A DNA stretch of 64,000 nucleotides from a virus (lineage: Duplodnaviria; Caudoviricetes): the IMG/VR virus record IMGVR_UViG_3300032007_000001. One strand, written 5' to 3'. The position numbers were made by a program, and so were the translations under genes. The notes beneath the pieces are model-generated. The model did no database searches. It had not been told where the DNA came from and worked only from the letters and a program-made list of their open reading frames with translations. Of the stretch, positions 41,163 to 51,034 are shown piece by piece (within the stretch, counting starts at the first letter, position 1; each line of letters begins with the position of its first letter).

Positions 41163-41498
41163 ATGAATTATCTTGTATTCAAATTATCCATGCCTCATTG
41201 TGGGTCATGGAATAACAAATGGTCGTTGGAAAATGAAAATTTTACAATTGCAAAACGTTTTCGAAAATGTGATTTTGAAAAACTTCCCAATATAGTCGGA
41301 AAATATCATGAATATCGTTGGGATGATGGTTGGACAGCTGTTGTTAACGTACAACATCTTACAAATAGCAAAGATGTAAAACAACTAACCAAAAATTCAA
41401 AAGGCTTTTGTGGTTATGATTGGATGATTGACTCTTTACTAAAATTTGGAAAAATTATGCCAGAACAAGAACAAAAAAAGTATATGAAAGGAGAATAA
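41163..41498 (+). CDS. Hypothetical phage protein
   Basis: ATG 41163 after AAGGAGGT; Trp-rich motifs GSWNNKWS, YRWDDGW, GFCGYDWM. Confidence 0.7.
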   Translation: MNYLVFKLSMPHCGSWNNKWSLENENFTIAKRFRKCDFEKLPNIVGKYHEYRWDDGWTAVVNVQHLTNSKDVKQLTKNSKGFCGYDWMIDSLLKFGKIMPEQEQKKYMKGE

Positions 41499-41500
41499 TT

Positions 41501-41866
41501 ATGAACTTCATACATGTAACCGAAAAAGATAAAAGTGTTTTGAAGGATTTGTACGACGATTCGGCGCTTACGATTGAAGGATTGGACTATGAAGATGAGT
41601 CAATGCAAGATTTTGTTGACATCGTTGACGGATGTGTTGGATTAAAAACAAACAACATTTACGTTATTTCTGGCAAAGTTATGAATAAAGTCTATCGTCT
41701 TACTGGAGACAATCGTTATCCCGATGATTTGCACATCGTTTCTATCAAACTTTCTGATATGAAAAACCCCAGTGAAATTATCATGAAGCGATTTGAATTC
41801 GGTGGAAGATGGTTTGACGACATTGTAGATAACAACAAACGCAGAGAAAAAGAAAAACATGGATAA
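41501..41866 (+). CDS. Hypothetical phage protein
   Basis: 121 aa with AAGGAG RBS; RWFDDIVDNN. Confidence 0.7.
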   Translation: MNFIHVTEKDKSVLKDLYDDSALTIEGLDYEDESMQDFVDIVDGCVGLKTNNIYVISGKVMNKVYRLTGDNRYPDDLHIVSIKLSDMKNPSEIIMKRFEFGGRWFDDIVDNNKRREKEKHG

Positions 41867-41870
41867 ATTA

Positions 41871-41895
41871 AAAGGCCAACAGTATGTTGGCCTTT
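41871..41895. terminator. Bidirectional terminator
   Basis: AAAGGCCAAC / GTTGGCCTTT between convergent genes. Confidence 0.75.
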
Positions 41896-41899
41896 TTAA

Positions 41900-42235
41900 T
41901 TATTTTGCAACCATTTCCCATGATTTTTCAAATTCTTCTCTTAATTCATCGATGCAATCCTCACAATCGTTTTCAAACAAAGAAATCATTCTTTCGTAAG
42001 AATGGCTTTCAGCTTCCATTGATTTTATAATAGATTTCATTTTTTTACGAATATCATCTATATCGCTTTCGTCTGTTGCTGTTTCAAATTTATTGAATAA
42101 ATCATTAACATCTTTTTCAAAATCTTCTGCATCTTTTTTTGAAAGTTCAAGGAATTTTTGCATTAAAGACTTAAATTTATCAAATTTGCTAGCAGCCAAT
42201 TTATCCATTTCTGCTTGTTTTTTTAAGTGTTTCAT
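41900..42235 (-). CDS. Helical acidic protein with MKHLKKQAE leader
   Basis: 111 aa, AGGAG RBS. Confidence 0.65.
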   Translation of the reverse strand: MKHLKKQAEMDKLAASKFDKFKSLMQKFLELSKKDAEDFEKDVNDLFNKFETATDESDIDDIRKKMKSIIKSMEAESHSYERMISLFENDCEDCIDELREEFEKSWEMVAK

Positions 42236-42342
42236 ATCTATGCTCCTGTTAAAAAATTTTTTTTACAATCTATTTCTAAAATATTTTGAATGGTTTATTA
42301 AATATTTTAATTAAGAGAAATTTTTTTATAGGAGTAAAAACT

Positions 42343-42987
42343 ATGTTTGTAAAAAGATATATAGAAGCTTCCAAAAAAGAAGCTAGCCAAATTAAAAATA
42401 TTATAAAAAGAAGAATGTTCTTAGCTTTCCGCATGAAGATAGCTGGAATAGTAGAAGACTTAAAGACATTTGACAAATTTCAAAAATATTTCGTCACTAA
42501 AGAAGAAGCAGAACAAAAAGTAAAAGAACTAAAAGAAAAAGGTTCTGAAAACGAACAAGACTTCAAAGATGCTGAAACCTGGTATGAAATCAATAATAAT
42601 ATACAAGAAGTATACGTTTACAGCACAGATGGAGATGAAATATCTCTTGGAAAATGTTGTATGGTAGAATTCAATCAAGGTAATGTATTATCAGGTATGA
42701 AAAAATACGTTGTTTTGGCTGGAATATACAGAGTGGACGAAAAAGGCAAAAAAGAAACACCAATGATAGCATATAAAGACTATATTGATTTAAGAATTGA
42801 AGATGCTATAGAAAAATTAGCAAGTGAAGGAATGTTCGGTTACGGAAAAACGTATAAATGCATGAGAACATATAAAGCTAATTTTAATCAAATATCCGGT
42901 TATGCAAAGAAAGTATTGGAACATGACCAAAAATTGAAACAGCAAAAAGAGCGTCAAGAACAAGAAAATGAAAAAAATGTTGCGTGA
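42343..42987 (+). CDS. Hypothetical protein, module copy 1 gene A
   Basis: ATG 42343 after AGGAG; paralogue of 43623..44237 (MFxKRYIEASKKEA...). Confidence 0.75.
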   Translation: MFVKRYIEASKKEASQIKNIIKRRMFLAFRMKIAGIVEDLKTFDKFQKYFVTKEEAEQKVKELKEKGSENEQDFKDAETWYEINNNIQEVYVYSTDGDEISLGKCCMVEFNQGNVLSGMKKYVVLAGIYRVDEKGKKETPMIAYKDYIDLRIEDAIEKLASEGMFGYGKTYKCMRTYKANFNQISGYAKKVLEHDQKLKQQKERQEQENEKNVA

Positions 42988-43010
42988 CGTAAAAAAATGC
43001 ATAAAAACCA

Positions 43011-43039
43011 TTTACACGACGCACGAAATATGGTATAAT
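43011..43039 (+). promoter_or_regulatory. Sigma-A-type early promoter
   Basis: TTTACA-17 bp-TATAAT, TGn extension. Confidence 0.75.
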
Positions 43040-43065
43040 CAACCTCAAGGAAGAGGTGAATAACA

Positions 43066-43554
43066 ATGAAAAAAATCCAAAAACAACTGACAAGGCTAAT
43101 TGGATTTATAAACTATTTCATAAGGAGAGATAGCGAAAATTTCATTGCTATTCAGTTCGACAGAGATAAAGACGTTGGAAATATTGGCGAATATTTTCTC
43201 AACATAATCTCTGGAAACATCGATATTTTTTTTGAGAAAAAAAGACTTGAACCAGAAGAGATTGATTATACGATTAAGATTGTTTGTGAAAAAGCAGATG
43301 AAGATGATATTATTATCGATTCGTCCAAGCTTTTCAATAAAAGAGAAGCAACGATTACTTTCAAAGTAAGAAATATAAAAAGAATTGAAATTTTGCTTGC
43401 TTATAAACTACGAGACTGGGCATATCAATTTGCAAAATGGAGAGAAAATCGTCCAGCAAAATTAGTAATGTGCATACCACCAGAGCAAGACGACAAAAAT
43501 TATAGAGAACATATGAATGAATACATTAAAAATAAAATAGAAAGAAACATCTAA
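43066..43554 (+). CDS. Hypothetical protein, module copy 1 gene B
   Basis: Paralogue of 44294..44773 (MCxPPEQDDxxYREHMNEYIKNKIE). Confidence 0.75.
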   Translation: MKKIQKQLTRLIGFINYFIRRDSENFIAIQFDRDKDVGNIGEYFLNIISGNIDIFFEKKRLEPEEIDYTIKIVCEKADEDDIIIDSSKLFNKREATITFKVRNIKRIEILLAYKLRDWAYQFAKWRENRPAKLVMCIPPEQDDKNYREHMNEYIKNKIERNI

Positions 43555-43577
43555 AAGTGGTTTTAAGAACCACTTTT
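43553..43577 (+). terminator. Intrinsic terminator
   Basis: AAAAGTGGTT / AACCACTTTT. Confidence 0.7.
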
Positions 43578-43622
43578 TATTTTTATTTTTTTAATGAAAA
43601 TAATTTGTAGGAGCAAAGAATC

Positions 43623-44237
43623 ATGTTTATAAAAAGATATATAGAAGCTAGCAAAAAAGAAGCTGAAGGAATTAAAAATATTATCAAAAAAAGAATGTTT
43701 CTAGCTTATAGATTAAAAATAGCAGACATTATGAATGATTTAAAAACATTTGATAAATTTAAGAAATATTTCGTTGAAAAAAATGAGGCTGATGAAAAAC
43801 TAAAAGAATTGCAAGAACAACAAAAAAATGATGAAAATGTAAGAATAGATAGCAAAGATATAGATTGGTACGAGCCAATGAACAAAATAAGAGAATTTTA
43901 CGTTTATAGTTTAGATAAAGATGAAGTAAATATCGGAAAATGTTATTTATTGGATTTTATGAGAAGAGGATACGATGATTTTGTAACGCTTGGCGGCTTA
44001 TATAAAACAGATAGTTCAGGTAAAGAAATTGGAAGTATAATAGGATATAAAATCATGGAAAAACAAGATATTAATGGAAGTATACCAATAATTCAAAATG
44101 AAGGTATAAAAGGATATGGTAAAACATATTATCCAATGAATAACATAACAGCTACATTTTCACAAATTCAAAACTTTGCAAAAACAAAATTGAAAAAGAT
44201 ATTGGAAGAAAAACAAAATCAGCAACAAAGTGCATAA
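43623..44237 (+). CDS. Hypothetical protein, module copy 2 gene A
   Basis: Paralogue of 42343..42987. Confidence 0.75.
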   Translation: MFIKRYIEASKKEAEGIKNIIKKRMFLAYRLKIADIMNDLKTFDKFKKYFVEKNEADEKLKELQEQQKNDENVRIDSKDIDWYEPMNKIREFYVYSLDKDEVNIGKCYLLDFMRRGYDDFVTLGGLYKTDSSGKEIGSIIGYKIMEKQDINGSIPIIQNEGIKGYGKTYYPMNNITATFSQIQNFAKTKLKKILEEKQNQQQSA

Positions 44238-44242
44238 AACTA

Positions 44243-44271
44243 TTTACATTTCGATGATTTTATGATATAAT
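44243..44271 (+). promoter_or_regulatory. Sigma-A-type early promoter
   Basis: TTTACA-17 bp-TATAAT, TGn extension. Confidence 0.75.
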
Positions 44272-44293
44272 CTCAACAAAAGAGGTGATAATC

Positions 44294-44773
44294 ATGAAAT
44301 CATTAGAAGAAAAAATGCAAGAAATTATCAATTTTATTGACATTTTCTTTCATAGAAAAAATGGAAATTGGATAGCTGTAGATTATATTCCAGAAGAGGA
44401 TATAAATGATGTAGCTTGGCTTTACGTTGTTGCTTTAATGGGAAATAATATTTGTTCCGAATCAAGATGTTATAAAAAAAGGATTTATGATTATCATATC
44501 AATTTTAAATGTAAAAAAGCAGAAGAAAATGATATTATTTTAAATAAAGACAGATTGTTTAGCGAAAAATCAGCAGATATTATTTTTATGATAAAAGACT
44601 CTGATGTATTCAAGGATTTATATGTCAATATATTCAATCCATGGTTTAAGAAATATTATATCACGCAAGGGCCAATTGAAATGATTATGTGTGTTCCTCC
44701 AGAACAAGACGATCCAGATTACAGAGAACACATGAACGAATATATTAAAAACAAAATAGAAGGAAAAATTTAA
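44294..44773 (+). CDS. Hypothetical protein, module copy 2 gene B
   Basis: ATG 44294 after GAGGTG; paralogue of 43066..43554. Confidence 0.75.
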   Translation: MKSLEEKMQEIINFIDIFFHRKNGNWIAVDYIPEEDINDVAWLYVVALMGNNICSESRCYKKRIYDYHINFKCKKAEENDIILNKDRLFSEKSADIIFMIKDSDVFKDLYVNIFNPWFKKYYITQGPIEMIMCVPPEQDDPDYREHMNEYIKNKIEGKI

Positions 44774-44777
44774 GAAC

Positions 44778-44808
44778 AAAAGCAGTGGTACAATGGTCCA
44801 CTGCTTTT
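44778..44808 (+). terminator. Intrinsic terminator
   Basis: AAAAGCAGTGG / CCACTGCTTTT. Confidence 0.75.
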
Positions 44809-44898
44809 TTATTGTATTTAACAAAATATAAAAGTTTTTCATTTTCTATAATTAATTAGGAAGATATGAATGAAAATTATAGAAGGTGAAAAACTTTT

Positions 44899-45279
44899 AT
44901 GTCTATAAACCTAAATGATATATTGACATACGGTGGCGCTAAATTTCAAGTCGTAAAAGCAGCTACATCAAAAGATATAAATACATTAAACAATAAAATA
45001 AACGAACTTTCAACAATTTTTAGAAAAAACTCCACAGCATATGCTGTTGGGTCTATTGTTTTTTCTGCTTCGCTTCCTTCTGGTTTCGTATTAGAATGTA
45101 CGACTGCTGGAACAACAGCATCAACCGAACCAACAATTAATAATGTTACTGAAGGAAATACAATATCTGACGGAACAGTTACATGGACATATAGATGTTT
45201 ACTTATGGCGAAAACAGCATTAGCAATTAACGGGAATGTTCTTGTTTTTAGTAATGGTACAAGAATTTGGGTAGAGTGA
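44899..45279 (+). CDS. Short tail-fibre adaptor-like protein
   Basis: Shared N-terminal peptide plus RKNSTAY.VG...LECTTAGTT..TEP...DGTVTW domain also at the start of 47142 and 52067. Confidence 0.7.
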   Translation: MSINLNDILTYGGAKFQVVKAATSKDINTLNNKINELSTIFRKNSTAYAVGSIVFSASLPSGFVLECTTAGTTASTEPTINNVTEGNTISDGTVTWTYRCLLMAKTALAINGNVLVFSNGTRIWVE

Positions 45280-45285
45280 TATATC

Positions 45286-46050
45286 ATGGCAATACTAGTC
45301 AAACAACTTCATGTATTAAATCAAAATTCAGAACAAGAAGATTTTGAAATTGCAACCACAGCTGAGGAAACTGGAAATACAGAAAATTTTATGACTTGTA
45401 TGGTTGACGGTGAAACGGTATATGCTGGGCTTGATACAGATACTACAGTTTCTAGTTTCCTAGTTCAAAAAGCTGGAATAAATTATGCAGTCAAACATAC
45501 TGGAACTCCTCCATATGTTCCTGGAAGCGAATCTTATACTGTAGCAGGAACCTATACATTTACTGCGCCTTATACTGCTGATTATACAATAGAAATAGCC
45601 GGTGGCGGTGGTGGTGGAGGAGGAACGTGTACTTGGACTGGTCAAAGCTTAAAATCTGGAAGCAGTTCAGCTTATGGAGGAACTGGTGGAAATGGAGCAT
45701 TAGAAACGATAGTTGCTTCTTTGATTGCTGAAGAAACGTATTCTGTTGTTGTCGGCGCTGGTGGGTCAAGTGGGTCTAATTATTCTTGGAACGAACGTAT
45801 TACGAAGGTTGGACAATACTCCGCATCTGCTGGTTCTGGACAACAAGGAGGTACATCTTCTTTTGATAACACAACGGCTATTGGCGGTTTGGGTGGTGGC
45901 GGCGGAGGATTAACAATTCTTGCTGTCCAACTGCAATATTACGGTAGAGCAGCAACTACTGGTTCAAATGGAACTTCTTACGGCAATGGTGGTCAAGGAG
46001 GAGCTGGAGCCACAAATGGCAGTCCAGGCTGGGTAACAATAACATGGTGA
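45286..46050 (+). CDS. Glycine-rich tail fibre / receptor-binding protein
   Basis: AGTYTFTAP...IAGGGGGGGG...VVVGAGG...GSPGWVTITW glycine-rich domain. Confidence 0.75.
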   Translation: MAILVKQLHVLNQNSEQEDFEIATTAEETGNTENFMTCMVDGETVYAGLDTDTTVSSFLVQKAGINYAVKHTGTPPYVPGSESYTVAGTYTFTAPYTADYTIEIAGGGGGGGGTCTWTGQSLKSGSSSAYGGTGGNGALETIVASLIAEETYSVVVGAGGSSGSNYSWNERITKVGQYSASAGSGQQGGTSSFDNTTAIGGLGGGGGGLTILAVQLQYYGRAATTGSNGTSYGNGGQGGAGATNGSPGWVTITW

Positions 46051-46067
46051 GAAAGGAAAAATAAATA

Positions 46068-46457
46068 ATGAATAAATTTGCACAATTACTATATGGCAAG
46101 GTTGTTTATATTTATGAAACGACACTTGAAAAAAAAGATTTACCAAGAATATTCAAACCATCTGCTTATTGGGTAGATGTAACCGGACAAGATGTTGAAA
46201 TGGGCGATATTGCATCTTTTGACAAAAATCTTGGTATTATTTTTACAAAACCAGAACAAGATGAAATGACTGAACTGGAAAAAAATAAATATCAGCTTAC
46301 AGAACAATATGAAACAGATAAAGATATAATCATAAAATATTATATTGATGCTATTCTACATGATGATACAAAAACCATGGAAGAATTAAAACGAGAAATG
46401 GCAAAGCTTGATGAACAATTTGACAATGATTATAATACATTAAAGAGCAATGAATAA
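46068..46457 (+). CDS. Tail fibre-associated/assembly protein
   Basis: Follows fibre gene; shared C-terminal helical domain with 10984 and 53824. Confidence 0.6.
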   Translation: MNKFAQLLYGKVVYIYETTLEKKDLPRIFKPSAYWVDVTGQDVEMGDIASFDKNLGIIFTKPEQDEMTELEKNKYQLTEQYETDKDIIIKYYIDAILHDDTKTMEELKREMAKLDEQFDNDYNTLKSNE

Positions 46458-46527
46458 AAAGTAACAAATTTGTAATACCTTCTTTTATATTTTGTTTTTA
46501 GAACAAATCAAAAAGAAGGTGATAATT

Positions 46528-47079
46528 ATGATGTCTGATAATTCTACAACTGAAGATATTGTTGGGAAAGATAAAACCGAAGTAATAAAAGAAAGCACAA
46601 AAGAAAAGAAAAATAAAAAAATCAACAAATTTCGCGCATGCGTAAAATATCTTGATTTAATTATGTCGCTTTTCAAAAAATATATGTTAGAACTTTTGTG
46701 TATGTCATTTTTTATTATATTCGATTTATGGGTATTTGGTTATCTTATGAATGGATTATATGGCTACAAATTTGATTTGACTTCAAGCGTTCAAGCGATT
46801 GGAGCAATTAGTTCTGCTGGTATTTTAACGGCCATTAAATATACTATTGATAGTACTAAAAACACAGTGCTTGGTGAGTCTCCAGAGAAACGTGTGAGGG
46901 AATCAATCAATCGGTTTATCAATGGAGACAAATTTGTTGACGAACATACATCAACGGAATGCGAAGATGTTAAAAGAACAAATGCTTTACAAGAAAGCAA
47001 TACTACGAAAACTAGAAGAACATCAATAAATAATCCATTAATCAATAATCCAGATGAACAATATAAAGATGGTAAATAA
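46528..47079 (+). CDS. Membrane protein, possible holin
   Basis: Two hydrophobic helices, charged termini, located in tail-fibre cluster; start at ATG 46528 after AAGGTG. Confidence 0.45.
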   Translation: MMSDNSTTEDIVGKDKTEVIKESTKEKKNKKINKFRACVKYLDLIMSLFKKYMLELLCMSFFIIFDLWVFGYLMNGLYGYKFDLTSSVQAIGAISSAGILTAIKYTIDSTKNTVLGESPEKRVRESINRFINGDKFVDEHTSTECEDVKRTNALQESNTTKTRRTSINNPLINNPDEQYKDGK

Positions 47080-47084
47080 AATAC

Positions 47085-47108
47085 AAAAGACCATTAATTT
47101 GGTCTTTT
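47085..47108 (+). terminator. Intrinsic terminator
   Basis: AAAAGACCA / TGGTCTTTT. Confidence 0.65.
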
Positions 47109-47141
47109 TATTTTGAATAAAATAAAAAGAGGTGTTAATCA

Positions 47142-49097
47142 ATGACAATGAACATAAATGACACAATCAATTATGGGAATGCAAAATTTAAGATAGTAAA
47201 AAATGCAACGAGCAATGATATTGATTTAATTAACAATAAAATTAATTCAATTGACAAAAATAGAAAAAACTCTACTACATATAGTGTCGGCGACGTTGTA
47301 TTTTGTTCATCTCTTCCATCTAGTCTTGTATTAGAATGTACTATAGCTGGTACAACATCATCAACAGAACCTTCTTTTTCAGGAGCCGAAGAAAATAATA
47401 CTATAACTGATGGTACTGTAATATGGACATATCGTGGTCTTCTTTCTGGTTCTGGTGGAAATCTTAATATAGTAGAACTTTCTCAATCTGAATATAACCA
47501 ACTTTCTCAATCAGAGAAAAAAGATACATCAAAGATTTACCTTATCACAGATGCAAATCCTTCTGATACTAATCAAACAAATGGAGTTCCTTTAGGAGCC
47601 ATAGTTCCTTATGTGGCAGAAACACAGAATCCACCAGCTGGATTCTTATTCTGTGATGGTTCAGCTGTAAGTCGTTTAATTTACTCAGACTTGTTCGGGG
47701 CTATCGGCATAACATACGGGACTGGTGACGGTTCAACAACATTTAACTTACCAGATTTGACTGGCGGCGAATTCCTTGAAGGTTCTGATACAGCAGGCAC
47801 TAGCCATGAGGCGGGATTGCCTAATATTGAGGGCAGTTTTCTCCCTGGTTCTGATGTTGACGCTGGGTTCGGCCTCAATTCAATAAGCAATGGAGCATTC
47901 TCTTATAATCAGTTAAGTGGTACTGGAAACTTTCTTACTAATGGTGGGGGAGGTCAGATTCGAGGGTCTTTAGACTTCGATGCTTCTGACAGTAACGCAA
48001 TCTATGGTAACTCCGATACCGTCCAGCCCAAATCCCTAACAGTTCGTTACCTTATAAAATATCTACCAAATGTAATCGACTCTGAAATATCAGCAGCTGA
48101 TGCAGCTTCTCAGGCAAAAGCGGCGGCCCAAGCAGCTGAAGCTTATGCAGGTTCAGCAGGAATACCTATTGGAACTTTATTTCCATTTGCAGCTAATACA
48201 CAGGACCCGCCGACAGGATATCTGTTCTGCGACGGTTCGGCGGTTTCACGCACGATGTACCCCGACCTGTTCAGTGTGCTTGGCACAACTTGGGGCGATG
48301 GTGACGGCAGTACGACGTTCAATCTGCCACGTTCAGAAGACCTCGTTTTGCAGGGCGCGTCATCGACGAATCCTGTGGGAACGTATAAGGAGGCGGGGTT
48401 GCCTAATATTACGGGAAGCACTGTGGCTCATGCTGATTCTGCGTCTTCTAAACCAGCACCCACTGGAGCTTTTTATACAGGTGGCACCGCTACTGTTTCA
48501 ACTTATGGTTCAGATGCTTCTCGTGGGAAACAAATGTTTGATGCTTCTCGTTGTTCTGCAATCTACGGGGCGTCCGATACCGTCCAGCCTCCTGCCGCTT
48601 GCGTGAAATTCATCATCAAAGCCTACGACGGTGTAACGCCGGGGAGTGCGGGGATTGATTTGTCGCAGTATGCTTCCGAGCTTGGCAACAAGGCTTCCCG
48701 TGGATTGGACAATCTGACCGACGCAGGAGAAGACCATTTTCTTGGTGACGATAATTTCTGCATTATCTATCCAAATGGTGGGACTGCGGCGAATCCTGCG
48801 AATATCGCAGTAAATAACATTTACTTGGAAACGAATCCGTTTCCGAACTATCACATAGCGACGATTTTGCAGATTTTTTACAATAGTAAATGGTTTGAAA
48901 CGGGGTGGGTGTATTCTTCCTCCAACGGCAGTTCTTACGGCACAAGGGTTGAGGAATGCAACGGACAAATCCGCATTGTAACGGGAAATCAGTCTTTAAC
49001 ACGTGGGCGTTCAAACAATGGAACGGATGATGATTTAGGAAGTTCGTCTGCTCCCTGCCGCGTAAAAGTTTGGAAAATTGGCAAAATCCAATCATAA
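47142..49097 (+). CDS. Tail fibre protein with two collar domains
   Basis: Two P.G.I.P...CDGSAVSR..Y.DLF...GDGSTTFNLP collars, two GLPNI...FDAS tips, C-terminal IIYPNGG...PCRVKVWKIGK. Confidence 0.88.
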   Translation: MTMNINDTINYGNAKFKIVKNATSNDIDLINNKINSIDKNRKNSTTYSVGDVVFCSSLPSSLVLECTIAGTTSSTEPSFSGAEENNTITDGTVIWTYRGLLSGSGGNLNIVELSQSEYNQLSQSEKKDTSKIYLITDANPSDTNQTNGVPLGAIVPYVAETQNPPAGFLFCDGSAVSRLIYSDLFGAIGITYGTGDGSTTFNLPDLTGGEFLEGSDTAGTSHEAGLPNIEGSFLPGSDVDAGFGLNSISNGAFSYNQLSGTGNFLTNGGGGQIRGSLDFDASDSNAIYGNSDTVQPKSLTVRYLIKYLPNVIDSEISAADAASQAKAAAQAAEAYAGSAGIPIGTLFPFAANTQDPPTGYLFCDGSAVSRTMYPDLFSVLGTTWGDGDGSTTFNLPRSEDLVLQGASSTNPVGTYKEAGLPNITGSTVAHADSASSKPAPTGAFYTGGTATVSTYGSDASRGKQMFDASRCSAIYGASDTVQPPAACVKFIIKAYDGVTPGSAGIDLSQYASELGNKASRGLDNLTDAGEDHFLGDDNFCIIYPNGGTAANPANIAVNNIYLETNPFPNYHIATILQIFYNSKWFETGWVYSSSNGSSYGTRVEECNGQIRIVTGNQSLTRGRSNNGTDDDLGSSSAPCRVKVWKIGKIQS

Positions 49098-49130
49098 GAA
49101 ATAAATATATCAATAAGGAGGTATCCAATA

Positions 49131-51011
49131 ATGCCTAAGTTAATGTATAACGACAATGAAATAGGCGGTATTGGTAGCAACTCAGATTCTTTACCAGTTG
49201 GTTCTATTATACCTTTTGGTTCTCTTACATCTATCCCAAAAGGTTTTTTATCTTGTGACGGAACAGCTGTATCAAGAGAAACTTATAACGAATTATTTGA
49301 TATTATAGGTACTCAATACGGAGAAGGAAATGGGACTACTACATTCAATTTACCTGATTTAGTAGATGCTGCTATCATGAATGGGGACTATGATAAGACA
49401 GAATTTATTACAGCTGGAAGCGACACATTTACCGCTCCTAAGACTGGCTACTACAAAATCACCGTAAAAGGTGCTGGTGGCGGCGGATGGGGAGGCAAGT
49501 CTGAAAGTGGAGGATTTTATTACGGAGGACTTGGAGGAGCAGAGGGTGGAACAACAATAGCTTATGAATACATGACTTTGGGTGACATTGCTGTTATAAT
49601 CATCGGTGCTGGAGGAACAGGAGGACCAGCAGGAGCAGGAAGTGCTCCAAGTGCCGGAGAAGATAGTTCCGTTACTGTTAATCATAATACATATACTGGC
49701 GGTGGTGGTTCTATTAACGCTAGAGGCTTTACTTACGGTGGTAGTGGAACGGTCCCGGGAGAATCTGGGCCAGCTGGTCAACGCGCCTATAACTTATATG
49801 CATATGGTGGTTGTGGCGGTGGTAACGGTGGCGGGGCTGGTTCTTATGACACAGTAGCGAATGATGGAATAAATGGCGGCGGTGGCGGCGGAGGTGGAGC
49901 TTCTGGAAGTTCTTATACTTTCGCAGGAGGCAAAGGCGGCGACGGCTTCGCCACTTTCGAATACATCGGAACTGTCTCAAACTACGTCATCAAAGCTTAT
50001 CTCTCCTCAATCTCAATCGGAGACACACTCGTCACTCTCACACAAGCCCAATACGATGCCTTATCCACTAACGAAAAGAACGATGCACGCAAGTTGTATG
50101 TGATAACGGATTCTGGAGATGCTGCTAATATAGCAGACAACATGCCAGTAGGACTTATCTTACCTTATGCTGCTAATGCTGATAATCCAATAGGATTTCT
50201 TACTTGCGACGGTTCAGCGGTGAGTAGAACGATGTACCCAGACCTCTTCGCTTTAATCGGCACAACGTATGGCGAGGGTGATGGGGAAACTACATTTAAT
50301 TTGCCAGACTTAGGGTTTATTGATGGAGAAGAAGCCGCTATCTATGGGGACGGGTATGCGCTCGGTTTGGAATCTAATTTACCGTCTAAAGCTGGACTTA
50401 ACCTGAATTATGGTAGCAATACCTATTTGTATTGGAATCAAAACTCGTCTGATTTAGCTGAAGGAAGAATGGGTCTGGCTGTAAAGAATTCTACTGATTC
50501 TCCATCAGGCTCTCATATTTATACCGACCTTACTTCTGCGGTTTCCAATAAAGCCCGTTATATCATCAAAGCCTTCAACGGAGCTACAAAGAATAGCGCT
50601 CTTGTTGATATGACGCAGGTTGGTAATGCTTTGAATAGCAAGTTTGATTTTGGTTCTGACTTTACCATCATTTATCCGAATGGTGGAACAGCAGAAATTC
50701 CGGCTAATGTAACAAAAAATAGCAGGTATGTTATGGACAATCCTTTTCCTGGATATATTGTAAATTGCATAGCTGAAGTTTTGTATAATGGAGAATGGGG
50801 AGACCCAAAGTTTGCATCTGATACAAACAATGAACGCGGTGTGATAGCTACGCAATTTAATGATAATACGATAGTGGTTCAAACGGCGCAAATATATGTA
50901 TTCACTCAATCAGGAAATTCCGGTAATCCCTTTGGATTTTCTGGGTCAGCTCAAACAACACTTCCATGTAGAGTCAAAGTCTGGAAAATCGGCAAAATCC
51001 CAACAACCTAA
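49131..51011 (+). CDS. Tail fibre protein: two collar domains plus glycine-rich domain
   Basis: Collar, Gly-rich GAGGGG domain, LTQAQYDALS motif, second collar, IIYPNGG...PCRVKVWKIGK. Confidence 0.85.
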   Translation: MPKLMYNDNEIGGIGSNSDSLPVGSIIPFGSLTSIPKGFLSCDGTAVSRETYNELFDIIGTQYGEGNGTTTFNLPDLVDAAIMNGDYDKTEFITAGSDTFTAPKTGYYKITVKGAGGGGWGGKSESGGFYYGGLGGAEGGTTIAYEYMTLGDIAVIIIGAGGTGGPAGAGSAPSAGEDSSVTVNHNTYTGGGGSINARGFTYGGSGTVPGESGPAGQRAYNLYAYGGCGGGNGGGAGSYDTVANDGINGGGGGGGGASGSSYTFAGGKGGDGFATFEYIGTVSNYVIKAYLSSISIGDTLVTLTQAQYDALSTNEKNDARKLYVITDSGDAANIADNMPVGLILPYAANADNPIGFLTCDGSAVSRTMYPDLFALIGTTYGEGDGETTFNLPDLGFIDGEEAAIYGDGYALGLESNLPSKAGLNLNYGSNTYLYWNQNSSDLAEGRMGLAVKNSTDSPSGSHIYTDLTSAVSNKARYIIKAFNGATKNSALVDMTQVGNALNSKFDFGSDFTIIYPNGGTAEIPANVTKNSRYVMDNPFPGYIVNCIAEVLYNGEWGDPKFASDTNNERGVIATQFNDNTIVVQTAQIYVFTQSGNSGNPFGFSGSAQTTLPCRVKVWKIGKIPTT

Positions 51012-51034
51012 TATAAAAGGAGGTCAAAACAGTC

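Noticed and set aside
7344-47141. A phage-specific late promoter motif (TA..G.AAAA-like) upstream of structural genes
   Set aside because: Too degenerate to distinguish from background in very AT-rich DNA without computation.
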